From: Octopus vulgaris
Lineage: Eukaryota
Direction of reading: 5' to 3'
DNA: 64,000 nucleotides
Assembly (NCBI GenBank): GCA_951406725.2
Contig: OX597830.1
Location: 52,390,001-52,454,000 of the forward strand
Under the pieces are notes generated by a model. That model was not told where the DNA came from and searched no databases. It saw only the letters and a list, made by a program, of their open reading frames with translations. Numbering within the stretch: the first letter of the stretch is position 1; the number at the start of each line of letters is the position of its first letter. Shown one piece after another: positions 1-13,739 of this stretch. The translations under genes were made by a program, and so were the position numbers.

Positions 1-345
1 AGAAGCTTGCTTCCCAACCTCGTGGTTCCGGGTTCAGTCCCACTGCGTGACGCCTCGAGCAAGTGTTTTCTACTCAAGCCTCGGGCCGACCAAAGCCCTG
101 TGAGTGGATCTGCTAGACGATAACTGAATGATGCCCATCTTTTGTGTGTGTGAGTGTTTTCCCCACCATTGCCTGACAACCGGTGCTGGTGTGTTTACGT
201 CTACGTAACCACACCAGCACCGGTGTGGCCAGAGTGACCGATAGAACATATACAAGGCTTTAAAGAAGAAGTACTGAGGTCGAATCTCCCAAGGTGGTGC
301 CCCAGCATGGCCGCAGTCTAATGACTGAAACAAATAGAAACCATT
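1..345 (+). mobile_element. tRNA-derived SINE, family A (CORE-like, octopus OR1/OR2-like), cut by window start
   Basis: B-box-like GGTTCAGTCCC, then a CORE-like block (CCTTGGGCAAGTG in better copies), an internal (TG)n and a 3' module ending CCAGCATGGCCGCAGTCxAATGACTGAAACAA; the same architecture recurs many times in the window. Confidence 0.8.
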
Positions 346-689
346 TAAAAAATGAGATCAGCAGCGAGAACAATTGATATTTTTTAATTTCTTTAGCTTT
401 TAAAATATGCTTTGGCAGTAAAAGACTTTTCATGTTGGTTTGGAATGAAGACGCCTCTGCGAAGCAATTTTTTTTTTTTTTCGTTAAATCCTTTCCTTCC
501 GGACAAAATCTATGGAACATGAGGTTATAGTTAGTTTCCTTATATTAGATTCATTCTCGAAGAAAAAGTTTTGTTTTTTTTTTGTTTTTTTTTAACTTGA
601 ACTAACTTAATATTTCTATGAAATGGTTTTCAAAAATCAAGTTTGAATTTCAGAACGGTTAAAATTATATTTGTTTCCACTGAGACTGC

Positions 690-2460
690 GTTCAAGGTTT
701 GCAGCTGTCGTAGGAGTTAAATTTGGCCAAAAGAAATTTTAATATTTGATTGTGGAACGGATAAAATCAGTACCGCGACCCCAAACCTGTGCATCAACGG
801 TCTCACTATCTCTCCTATCCCACACAAAGATTACTACTGATGTAACTAATACCTGGGTATTAGGGGAAACATATCATACGAAGATACTGTGAATAAGGGT
901 GGAGTGACTCGAGAATATTATGCCAACTTAGAAAAATATGGCAGTCGGAACTCTCTTCTTAGAAGACAATATTCCACAATGCATTTTCAGTACCACTGCT
1001 GCTGATTACAACATTCGGAATATGTGGCTGGTCTGTAGAAGAAATCCACTTCATAGACGTTAAAACCCGCAAGATATATATTTCTTTACTACCCACAAGG
1101 GGCTAAACACAGAGGGGGCAAACAAGGACAGACAAACAGATTAAGTCGATTACATCGACCCCAGTGCGTAACTGGTACTTAATTTATCGACCCCGAAAGG
1201 ATGAAAGGCAAAGTCGACCTCGGTGGAATTTGAACTCAGAACGTAACGGCAGACGAAATACGGCTACGCATTTCGCCCGCCGTGCTAACGTTTCTGCCAC
1301 CTCGCCGCCTTAAAACCCGCAAGATATAGACATCAACTGGAAATCGCCACAGAAACAGTGATATCGTCAGGCTCTAAAAAGAGATAAAGGAGTTAGATGC
1401 TTGTGATCAGGGTAGATAGCCTTCGAATATCGTATAGTCACTCTCAGACAGCATTTGCTAAACAACAGTAGCAAAGATAAATATATTAACTTGCCAAAAA
1501 GTGAAGAGAACGACATCCTGTGTGTGGGCAGTGTGTACCTCAGGAAGCACTCTCCCCTTGATGACCTTCCATATAACTCCAAACAGGCGGAATAACATAT
1601 CTCAGAGAAGAGCTGGATGTGAAACGCTCAGCAAATTAAAAAGCAATAATGTATGGGTATGTTTCCCGAGGACTTGAAGAAAATAGTAACATTGACATGA
1701 AGAGGAAGCCTTTCTTGAACTCGTGACCGCTACACTTCGAAGGCTACGTATTTGCTATCCAAGAACAGACGATTGCTACTAAATATATAATAAACAAAAC
1801 AGACAGTGAATCCCTTGGCGTTCCAAGATGCAACCGAAAATGTAATTTCTGTTATATTTCTGTGGAGAGCATTACACGTGATTAGCAGCTTCTATGCGAC
1901 ACGTCATTGTTGCAAAAATAATATACAGTGCCAGTCAGACTGTCCATGAATAAATATACAGAATCTCCTTGTTATTGAATACGCACACAAACATCAACAC
2001 ATGGAATACTGGTGGAAGATTCCCATCAAAATATCTGCCAAGTGTAAGCATAACAGGCAGGATATTGTTATTTAGGACAACACAAACGTCTGTATCATCA
2101 CAGAGGTCCGCTGTTTTGCAGATATGAGTCTCTTTGAAAATCAACGCGAAAAGGGATAAATATGGGCAACTGCTTCGAAACCTCTAGCTTTTATATCCGG
2201 ATTAAAAACTCACATATATACCAGTAATAACCGGAGCACCTGATTTTGTAAATAAAAGCGTAACTGTCTGTCTGGATAAGCTTGAATATTAAGGGAAAAA
2301 AGATCAACCAACTTACTAGCACATTAGAAATACAATCTGTAAATGGAACAGTAAAAATATGCAAAACTTTTCTCAAGTTTAAAATGTGACATTATTTTTG
2401 TTATCTACATTCCGACGATGAAGTTTTGTATCTTTGCTAGAAAACAGAGGAATTTAAATA
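690..2460 (+). mobile_element. Decayed R4/Dong-like non-LTR retrotransposon (RT C-terminus, zinc knuckle region, RLE endonuclease), 5'-truncated
   Basis: Manual translation across stops and frameshifts gives YLGI, RKIWQSELSS, FSVPLL..TFGICGWSVEEIHFIDVKTRKI, GNRHRNSDIVRL..RDKGVRCL, GYVFAIQEQTIATKY, RHVIVAKIIY, YWWKIPIK..KHNRQDIV (RPD motif), KYGQLLRNL, IPVITGA and GTVKICKTFLKF, in the order expected for R4-clade ORFs. Confidence 0.8.
1079..1310 (-). mobile_element. tRNA-derived SINE, family B (Meta-domain-like core), full length with TSD
   Basis: Minus strand reads a GGCGGCGAG head, GAGTTCAAATTCC B box and GCCTTTCATCCTTTCGGGGTCGATAAA..AAGTACC core; flanked by an 18-bp direct repeat TAAAACCCGCAAGATATA (1061-1078, 1311-1328). 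Confidence 0.88.
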
Positions 2461-2498
2461 ATTACTACAAACAGGAGAGAGTATACACGCACACACAC

Positions 2499-2564
<66 letters not shown>

Positions 2565-2609
2565 AGTATATATATATATCAAAATAATCAACAAGGATAT
2601 CCAAGGTAG

Positions 2610-2697
2610 TGTAGTACAATCGTTTCATGCTACTTCATTTAATTAAACAATGTAAGTATTACATCAGTTTTAAAATGTCGAGCAGTCTTCAGCCACA
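2610..2697 (-). ncRNA. Type I hammerhead ribozyme-like fold
   Basis: Minus strand: UGUGG-CUGAAGA-cUGCU...AGCAu-GAA-ACGAUUGU-A-CUACA; stem I UGUGG/CUACA, near-palindromic stem III, GUA cleavage triplet. Confidence 0.6.
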
Positions 2698-2911
2698 TAT
2701 AGAATTTTTTAATTAAATGGACAATGTACATTTTTATACTTATTTCATTTGCCAACATTACAAAGAGGGTAGATATAGATACAGAGAGGTTAATTTCATC
2801 ATTAAGAACATGGTGGTAGAATGTCCTTTTGATTTATATGGATAATACCATACCAAATTCTGGTGCCTTTAACTTAAGTACCATATTCATCTGAATCTAT
2901 ATTTTGGTGAA

Positions 2912-2949
<38 letters not shown>

Positions 2950-3228
2950 CTCGATTACATTAAAACCGTTAGCCTGATGATCCATAAATAGTAAAACTCA
3001 GTCGAAATGTAGTCGAGAGTTAACCCATTATTTGAAGAGAATTATTACGCAGTAAGATTTTGTACTGAGTTGTCTTTGGTTTAAAATTATACACACACAC
3101 ACACACACACGCTCACTCAGGGATACATATGTTTTTATTAGTGTATGGCTCTATCAATGCATATGTATATTTCATATGTATGCGTAAACACATACATGCA
3201 TATATATTTATGTTTAGAATATACATTT

Positions 3229-3279
<51 letters not shown>

Positions 3280-3292
3280 GTATGTATGTATG

Positions 3293-3334
<42 letters not shown>

Positions 3335-3768
3335 AGTGTGTATAAGTAATTTAGTTTTATGTGTGTAGGATTGTATATGTATATATGGAGAGAGAGAGAG
3401 AGATGTATATATCTATGGATATATATATATATGTGTGTGTGTGTATAAATATATATACATACATACATATGCATATGTATATATAATTTATTTACATATG
3501 CACACATCCTATAAACATAAATATATATATATATATACACAGACATACATCATACATATGCTCTGTGTGTGCGTGCGTGTGTCGTTCATTAGTGAAATGT
3601 TCCTATCATTTTCTTCCTTTGGTTATTTGAGTTTTCTTTTCCTTCCGAATGTTGCGTGGTTTTCGTGTCCATATGGGAGTGAACGTGATATATGTCGGAC
3701 TGGTTAACAGGTTTGCAGAAGGGCAGCGTACATCTATCTGTCAACGACGTAAAATGAAATGTATTTTA

Positions 3769-4925
<1,157 letters not shown>

Positions 4926-5794
4926 CCAGAGTATGACATGAGATGGAGGAAAGCCGTTCTGCAACACCCTTCACAACCAATCAGACCCGATCTTGTATAC
5001 GTAATCGTTAACTATGCTAGAAATAACGGCCAAATTTCCCTGAATTACCAGTCCGCTGCCTTTAAACTAGCATGAAGTGGCACATTGGATGATAACGACC
5101 CTTGATTGCATACATTATGTCTAAATATAATACGGGATGGCCATAGGTGAAGTGTGGAAAATACAGTGGTGGTGGTGGTGGTGGTGGTGGTGGTGGTGGT
5201 GGTGGTGGTGGTGGAGATGGTGGTGGTGGTGGAGATGGTGGTGGTGGTGGTGGTGGTGGTGGTGGTGGTTTAACCTACACATGAATTCTGATTGATCAGA
5301 CCAACAATCAAAATCCCAGCCATTCTCTTCAAACAAGTCCTTCCAATTTTAAGACAGTAAAGGTGTGATTTAAATTAGATTTTTACTGTTATTTCTAGTA
5401 GGTTCTGTGACCATGTACAGGCTCCCGCACCAGCTACAAATTTCGACTATAATTTCAAACCGATCACGTGATAGGGCAGACTTCTTTCATTGGTGAGAAT
5501 CTGGGGTGTTACGTCTCGCAGGTGGTGTAACAACTTAACACCACATCACAACCACGTTGGGTGATCGCTGATAGAATTATGATAATGTCCTGCGCGATAC
5601 TCGACCGTTTATCAGTAAACAACAATTCCGAGAAATGCTTTTATCATTTTAATCACATCAAAGGTCTTCCTTTTAACGCTCCCAAACTTCTCTTCTATCA
5701 ACTTATCTGTAACCCTTACACACATAAGCACACACATACACACACAGAGAGGACGTCTACAGGGTGCCTGAAGCTGTGGGGAAGGAAATATTAG

Positions 5795-6006
5795 TTTCAA
5801 GTTTTGGCGCAAGGCCAACAATTTCGGGGCAGTAGGTAAAGTCGATTACATCGACCCCCACTGTTCAGCTGGTAGTTATTTTATCGATCCCGAAAGAATG
5901 AAAGACAAAATCTACCCCGGCGGAATTTGAACTCAGAACGTAGCGACGGGCGAAATACCGCTAAGCATTTTACCCGGTGTGCTAACGATTTGGCCAGCTC
6001 GGCGCC
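5795..6006 (-). mobile_element. SINE family B, diverged
   Basis: Matches 1079-1310 over core and head (gtcgattacatcgacccc...gaatttgaactcagaacgt...gccagctcggcgcc). Confidence 0.8.
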
Positions 6007-6051
6007 ATACTGTGTAGGAAATATTACATAATGTAAACTTCGACATACATA

Positions 6052-6456
6052 GGTGCAATAATGGCTGCGTGGTAAGAAGCTTGCTTCTCGACCACATGCT
6101 TCCAGGTTCAGTCCCACTGCGTGGCACCTTGGGCAGGTATCTTCTACTTCTCGGACTGACTAAAGTCTTGTGAGCGGATTTGGTAGACGGTAACTTAAAG
6201 AAGCCTATCACATATATATGTGTGTGTGTGTGTGTGTGTATGTGTGTGTATGTATTGTGTATCGGTATTTGTCCCCCACCATTGTTTGACAACCGATGTT
6301 GGTGTGTTTACGTTCCCGTAACTTAGCGATTCGGCAAAAAAGAACGATAGAATAAATACTAGGCTTACAATGAATAGGTCCCGGGCGCGATTTGTTCGAC
6401 TAAAGGCGGTGCTCCAGCATGGCCGCAGTCAAATGACTGAAACCAAGTAAAAGAAT
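6052..6456 (+). mobile_element. SINE family A, full length
   Basis: TGGCTGCGTGGTAAG A box, GGTTCAGTCCC B box, CCTTGGGCAGGT core, internal (TA)/(TG) and 3' module ending AAGTAAAAGAA. Confidence 0.85.
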
Positions 6457-6538
6457 ATTAAAGCGAAAGACTGTTGGCTCATGTTGGCTCAATTCGTAAG
6501 ATGTGAGGTTAATCATCAGATATGTGTACGTATGTGTG

Positions 6539-6577
<39 letters not shown>

Positions 6578-7204
6578 TTGTGCGTGTGTGTATTGGCTGA
6601 ATGGTTAATACATGTTGTCCCGGTTTCGATCCCACTGTGTAGCATCTTGGGGCTAATGTAATCGTCTATAACTACGGCATATATACTCGTATTTACTGAG
6701 TGAAATTAGTTTGCTGGAAACTGTATGGAAGCCCAGTGAGTGGATTGCACCTGCAATTTAAACATTACACCCATCTCACACTAACTGTGTCGCAGTTTCT
6801 ATGTGAGAATTACGTAAAGCGTAGGCGGGTCTATGGAATATTCAGCCACTTATAATCAAATTCAGGGGGAGATTATTTGATTGATCGAACAACCGAATCA
6901 TCATCGTTGAACGCCGGAGATCCGCCACCTCATGTACCTTTGTACAGTAAGAGTTGAGGACAAATAACCAGTATTTAAAACTTCATGTTTTTCTTTTTAT
7001 TCCGAAAGACGGAACACTGAAGAGAATTCGTGTCACTTCGTCGAACTTTGGCGGGTCTGGTCTCCACAGCTATAAAAATCAGAGGCTCTCTATGTATGAG
7101 GGGGTGTGCGAGTGTGTGTGTGCGCGCGCGCGTTTGTATGTATGTAGGTGGGTGCGTGTGCGCGCGTGCGAGAGAAAGGGAGAGAGCGAGAGAGAGATAC
7201 TGTA

Positions 7205-7492
7205 TCGATCAGACCACAGTATGTGGTTATACGCCGCTAGTCACAATGCGCTTCGTCACTATTCCTGTAGCTTTCGAATGATGCCACCCCATTTGATAGA
7301 AGAGTAGGCTAGTATTACCCACAAAATGGGACGCCAGACCTTTTCAGGGTTATTCATTTACGGCTGAATGAACTGGGGCGACGTAAAATGAAGCGTTTTG
7401 CTCAAAAATACAACGCACTCACTGTCAGGGAATCGAAACCGCGATCTTGTAATTGTGAATACCACATCCTAACCACCACGCCACAGACCTTC
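7205..7492 (-). mobile_element. SINE family C (tRNA-derived), diverged
   Basis: Similar to 16687-16989 (gaatcgaaaccgcgatc; gtcacaatgcgcttcg). Confidence 0.7.
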
Positions 7493-7505
7493 AGGATAGA
7501 TAGAC

Positions 7506-7580
<75 letters not shown>

Positions 7581-7719
7581 CACACACAGACACACACATA
7601 TATATATATATATATATATTATCTTTATACATACATATATACATACATATGTGTGTGTATATGTATATATATATATAAATATATATATATATTGATAAAA
7701 ACAGTAATATAACAAAAGC

Positions 7720-7765
<46 letters not shown>

Positions 7766-7790
7766 CTATATACATATACATATATACAAC

Positions 7791-7826
<36 letters not shown>

Positions 7827-9029
7827 AATAAAAGAGTGTGAAGTATGAATAGAGTGTATGCATGTGTGTAGAACATATTTCATCATAATTCAACATCAGT
7901 TCTGAAGTTATGTAAAACAACAACAATCACAGCAACATTTTTTATGTATTCATCAAGGGAGCCATCATGTGTTACCTCACCTTGTTAGAAATGACAACGC
8001 AATGCTACTCATGGTGATGGACCCTGGATCTTCCGTTCGCTTCAATGATGAGCGGTCCAGTTGTCCAATTAACTAGACTAATTGTTGGCGAAACTATAGT
8101 GTAATGTAGCGGAGTATTTCAGAGACATGTGTACATTTTACATGTTTCTCGAGTAGAGTCATTGTGATGATACAATAAAAAAACAAAGATGAAGTTGGTG
8201 GATTATAGGGACAATCTGTCCAAAGGTCTTCCGAACAGTTTTTGTCTACCTAATTTCATCCACAAGATATTGGTTGATCCGGGTAAAAAAAAACAGGCCC
8301 CAAGATGTCTCGCGATGGAATCAAACCTGAGACATGAATTTTGTCAAGTAAACATCTTAATCCATTAGCCGATCCAATCATTAAAAAGAAAAATGAATTA
8401 ACTGGATAATACTTCACGAGGACTGGCCTGTGGTTAAATAACAACAACGGCAACAGCAATAGTAGTTGTAATTGTAGCAGCAAAATGTCTTTTGTTACCC
8501 CACGGTTTTGTTGTTGCAGTGGTTTTGTTATAAAATCCTAAGTTGATATTTTCCTATGACGAAAGTTGTTCAACATTTTAACCAGATAAAACACTGATAG
8601 CAATGATATCTTTTAGGTGTATCTCTTACACAATAACATCGCCATTTCTTTACTACCAACAATAATCTGCCAATTTCTAATCGCCTTAATAATTCTAATT
8701 TGATTTCGTCATAATTCTTCCGGATTCCTCCAAGTTTTCTAATCCAATTTCATTCTTCTTCCGATATCTGCAAAAACCTTCTAAAACCTAATCTCTATTC
8801 CCAATAATTTACTATTTTTCTTTGTCACATGGCTGTGTGATTAGAAAGTTCCCTTTGGACCCATGAGTTTTGCGGTTCGATCCCACTACCCATCGCTGTG
8901 AGTAAAATGTTGTCTACTATAACCCCAGGTTAAGCAAAGCCTTGTGAATAAAATTCTGGTACACAGGAGCTGCGTGTGAGGTCATCGATGGAACCATTAT
9001 TGCTTTCGAGTACTAGACATCATGTTTCC

Positions 9030-9260
9030 ACATTTAACTCCACTACCTGGTCCTTGGATACCTTTAGTAGAGTCGACTCTGTTGTCACCTAGTTTACCGT
9101 CATCACCTGGCCCTTGGGTTCCTTTAGTAGAATCCATTCTGTTGTCACCCGGTTTAACACCACTGTCAAGTCTTTGAGCACCTTTAGTGGAATCTACTCT
9201 GTAGTCACCCAGTTTATCACTACTACCTGGTTCGTGAATGCCTTTAGTCCACTCTGTTGT
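9030..9260. repeat. 60-bp minisatellite, about 4 copies; minus strand open as a 20-aa repeat
   Basis: cctttagt recurs at 9061, 9121, 9181 and 9241; minus frame 9266-8997 reads TKGIHEPGSSDKLGDYRVDSTKGAQRLDSGVKPGDNRMDSTKGTQGPGDDGKLGDNRVDSTKGIQGPGSGVK. Confidence 0.9.
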
Positions 9261-9785
9261 GAGAATTCAGGCAGAACCCCGGTTTGAAGATATCATTTCC
9301 GACAGTCGTGGGGGCTCTGTGAAGTATAATAATGGATCTTGAAAAAGCCTACAGCTGTTTTTACTTCAAGATTTTAAGTTTTTTTTAATTATTTAATTAG
9401 ATATCACTTTACGATCTGAGTTCATGATTAAACTACCTAGTCCTTGGCTATCATCTTGGCTATCACTAGGACTAGGGTTGTGTTCCATCTTTTTGGCATA
9501 AGAGTTATGGACAGGAAAGTATTTGAACATTTACACCATTCCCCATCTCAAAGGTGTGTTAAACATCGGTTCTTCAGGGCATTAGTTGGTGGGATTTATC
9601 TCCCCGCATGCAATACAAACAAAAATGCATTTTGCACCAAAAGCCAACATGAGAGATCCTCTCATGGTATCTACAACAGCAAAGTTTGCTCCAACAGAAC
9701 TTCTACGTTTAAATGGAGTTAAATATTACCTCTCCGTATTAATACCGCCTTTGTAGCTGATATATATCTTTTAACAAGCTCACCG

Positions 9786-10262
9786 GCTTAAAACAGTTCT
9801 AGTAATCCTTTCTGCTATAGGTACAAGGTCTGAAATTTGGGGAGGATGTGGCTAGTCCATTACACTGACACCGGTGCACAATTGGTTTTTAGTTATCGAC
9901 CCCAAAAGGATGAAAAGCAAATTCAACTTTGGCGGAATTTGAACTCAGAACGAAATGATGGACAAAATTCCGCTATTTTGTCCGACGTACTTACAATTCT
10001 GCTAGCTTCCCGCCTTTAAAACTGTTCTAGTAACCCTTTCTGCTATAGATACAAGGACTGAAGTTTTAGGGAAGTGGGTAAGTCGATTACATTGACCACA
10101 GTGCTTAACTGGTATTTATTTTATCGATACCAAAAGGATGAAAGGCAAAGTCGACTGTGGCGGAATTTGAACTCAGACCGTAAAGATGGACAAAATTCCT
10201 GCAAGTATCTTGTCCGATGTGCTAACGATTCCGCCAACTTCCTGCCTTTAAAACTGTTCTAA
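9786..10262 (-). mobile_element. Two head-to-tail diverged family B-related SINE copies
   Basis: Two ~230-bp units each with gaatttgaactcaga and ccaaaaggatgaaa; flank ttaaaac(a/t)gttcta occurs three times. Confidence 0.75.
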
Positions 10263-10455
10263 TAATAATGATTTTTTTTAGGTAGAAGAATACAAATATT
10301 GAGGAAGAGTGGAGTCGATTAAATTTTACTCCCAATAATTGATTGGAATTTTATGCCTTCTAAGGAGAAAAAATGAAGTTGACCACAACGTGATTTGAAC
10401 CCGAACGTCAAGGAATATGACAAAAGTGGCAAGAAATTTTGTCCAATATGCTACC

Positions 10456-10688
10456 TATTTCTTTATTACCCACAAGGGGCTAAACATAGAGGGGACAAAC
10501 AAGGACAGACATAGGTATTAAGTCGATTACATCGACCCCAGTGCGTAACTGGTACTTTAATTTATCGACCCCGAAAGGATGAAAGGCAAAGTCGACCTCA
10601 GCGGAATTTGAACTCAGAACGTAACGGCAGACGAAATACCGCAAAGCATTTCGCCCGGCGTGCTAACGTTTCTGCCAGCTCGCCGCCC
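10456..10688 (-). mobile_element. SINE family B, full length with TSD, nested in an older SINE
   Basis: Near-identical to 1079-1310; TSD TTGTCCAATAT(G/T)CTACC at 10439-10455 and 10689-10705. Confidence 0.88.
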
Positions 10689-11554
10689 TTGTCCAATATT
10701 CTACCGACAACCATTCCACCACCATTACAATAGAAATAATTTCTTTTTTGTTTACTTGTTTGTCTTTTCACGCATTTGCCACGATTTTTGTCACAAGATA
10801 ACAAGGTCACTGACTTTTGATGGGAAGAAAAGACAGCATAGTCGGCATTTAATTGGTGCTTTATTTTATCAAGTACAGCAATGTCAAAAAGCAGGTGTAC
10901 TCATCAGAGATTTTCTTATATTTCCGATAGATTAGACCGATAGAATAAGTACCAGGCTTAGTGAAAAAGAATGTAAACATAGATACTGGCGTCGATACGT
11001 TCGACTAAAACTTCAAGGCGGTGTTCCAGCATGGCCACAGTCTAATGACTGAAACAGGTAAAAGATAAAAGATAAAAGTTGAAAGAAGCCTGTGAATATG
11101 GCGAAAACACTGAGAATGGGGAGTGTTAATAGTCACAGTTCGCAAATAGCTTTTAACAACGTTAATCACAAGAGATTATATGTGAGTGTGTGTGAACGCT
11201 GTGCCGATGACGCCCATTGAGACAGACGCTCGCGGACACAAAGAAAAATTATTGTTAATTCCTGAGTGGCTTATTAATTCGAGCTGATTTATTATTATTT
11301 TTTTTAAAGATTATCATCGTTTCTTATTTGGAGTCAATTACAATTGCCACAGTGTGTTCGTTTACCTTGTCTTGAAGCGATGATGGTCTCAGTAAACTCA
11401 GACATATATATATATATATATTGTATAGTATTTAGTGAACCTTTCTACGGTTTTGCAGCCCTACTTCATACCACTGGCCATTCTGAGCTATTTCTGTTAT
11501 CTATCTATCTACCTGTCTGTCTAACTATCTGTCCGTCTATACATACACACAACA

Positions 11555-11617
<63 letters not shown>

Positions 11618-11690
11618 ATATGTATACATTTATGTATATCAACACTCCAACAAACATAAGCATATGTACGTAATCATGCATGCGTGTATA

Positions 11691-12059
11691 TCTTTATATA
11701 TAAAAGTAAGGTTATGTGTCTGTCTCCTACGATTTAGATTCCTAACTACTCCCACATTTTGCGGTGCAGTTTAACCAAAACCGGGTATCTTATAGTCGTG
11801 ATTCATATCAAGCCCTTCTGGGTATTAGCGCGCGTCTACGATGAGTCTACGATTTAAAAAAATATTTACCATCAATTTTTCCCATTTTTAATGCATTTTC
11901 TCTCTAAAAATTTATTATTAAATCTCAGAACGTAAAAAGCTACAGTAACACCCCCTTTGTTGTTAGCCATATTGAGATGGCTATTATACTTTACATCTCT
12001 AAAAATGCTTATATAGTTACTTCCCTTACAAACCCGAGCAACGCCGGGCGATACTGCTA

Positions 12060-12060
<1 letters not shown>
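11691..12060 (+). mobile_element. Non-autonomous Helitron
   Basis: A|TC 5' end, subterminal hairpin CCCGAGCAACGCCGGG, CTAG|T 3' end, no TSD; near-identical copy at 47500-47896. Confidence 0.85.
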
Positions 12061-12103
<43 letters not shown>

Positions 12104-12395
12104 GCCTTAATATATATATAGCGAGAGAAAGAGAGAGCGCAGGGGTGAGAAATAGGGAAGGCAGCATGGGTAGAGATAGAGAAGAAAACGCAATATTAAT
12201 TCTATTTGATTGAACAACAGGATAATCATCGTCGAAAGTGACGATGAGCCATTTTCTGTTGATGTTTGTTTAACTAGTGACGTAGTTTGTTGTGTATGCT
12301 GCTAGTAACGCTCGATTAAATGTGTCTATTGCGTGGTTGTATAATACAGGTGGGTGTATACATACATACATGCATCCATGCATGCGTAGCACATA

Positions 12396-12433
<38 letters not shown>

Positions 12434-12715
12434 GCATACATACATACATATATACATACATACATGGATATTGTTGCGTGACACTTCCCATTCACACCCA
12501 TATGGAGACACACGCAGGTACGCACACACACACACACACGTACATACATATGTTCACCTGTGTACATATATATGGGAAGGATATGCGTGCGTGCATATGT
12601 ATGTGTATATGTGTGTCAACATATATGAAGGTGTGTATATAAAGTGTCACACTTTGATAGAACTTACACGTACACACCCACGAGATATACACATTTGTTG
12701 GGGCTGATGGCATAC

Positions 12716-12890
12716 AGCGATGATGATGATGATGGTGGTGGTGGTCGCCGTCGTCGTCGTCGTCGTCGTCGTGGTCATGGTCGTCGTGGTCGTGGTCGTG
12801 GTGGTCGTGGTCGTGGTGGTCGTGGTCGTGGTGGTCGCGGTCGTGGTCGTGGTCGTGGTCGTGGTAGTGGTGGTGGTGGTGGTGGTTGGG
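12716..12890. repeat. Compound trinucleotide repeat (GAT/GGT/CGT)
   Basis: Directly visible; explains the poly-His, poly-Val and RG ORFs. Confidence 0.9.
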
Positions 12891-13069
12891 TCTATAATTT
12901 GTCACGAGTGGACAGCGAAATAGATCGGAATTCCCAAAGGCCGAGTAGATGGAGCCAACTCTCTTTGCGTATGAGATTTAAGGACGAGATTTCATCCTAG
13001 TGAAATCAACTGAAATATTAAGTGAATGGCAGCCATATTTTCTCTTTTTTTTTTTATTCAGTGTCAGTG

Positions 13070-13690
13070 CCCCTGAGCTTCGCTGAACTTTGCAGACCCT
13101 GCAAAACCAGAAATGGACGGGGTCGAGTTATTAATATGCTGTTTAAGCTATCGCATGTCAACATCATACAGAAAACATATGAGTGGAGAGAAGATTCCGG
13201 AGGGGGGCCTTCTGGGTAGGAAGGAATGGGTATAGTGACTAGCGGGGAAGTTTAAGGGGAGTTGGACACACCAAGTGTTATAAAAGGTGGAGAGATGACT
13301 GGATCAGAGGTTCTTGAATGGTGGGGATATGAGACCAGCCAACTGCGAGGGACAGAAGCCATTATAGTGGCGATAGAAATGAAAGAGATTGGACACAGCA
13401 CGATTGATGATTAAGGGGTGGAGCATGTAACACTATCCCAGATTTGAGAGCAGTGCTACACTGTGGGCCTCGTTTGATCCCTTATAAGAGTGTCAGCAGG
13501 TGCTTGGAGCTGAAATATTGTATGGGCTAAAGATTTAGGGCCAGATTGGGTTTCGGTCTTATATATTTCATATATTCTGTAAATTACAACACAGAAGTTC
13601 GGATGTAGAAGTGAAACGGTGTGGAACTGGGTAAATCTAAGGGATCAGATGTCGAACAGATGTCGAGCAGATGTGGGGTGAATGAATGAG
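13070..13690 (-). mobile_element. Decayed CR1-group (L2/Crack-like) LINE 3' ORF end
   Basis: Minus-strand translation gives LLTL..RPTV*HCSQIW, RAVSNLFHFYRHYNGFCPSQLAGLI and HYTHSFLPR, typical of the post-RT C-terminus of CR1-group LINEs. Confidence 0.6.
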
Positions 13691-13739
13691 TTAGTAGAAT
13701 TGATAAGAAAGAAGTACAGTAGAAGCAGAATGGAAGGAA

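Noticed and set aside
2950-3020. CTGATGA...CGAAA with flanking complementarity (CTCGATTACAT/ATGTAGTCGAG)
   Set aside because: No convincing stem I or stem II; at best a decayed hammerhead.
9030-9260. CRISPR-like regular spacing of cctttagt
   Set aside because: The whole 60-bp unit is homologous with no unique spacers, the context is eukaryotic, and no cas genes are present.
12644-13000. RG/RGG-rich ORF resembling an RNA-binding tail
   Set aside because: Entirely explained by a compound GGT/CGT trinucleotide repeat; several frames are open.
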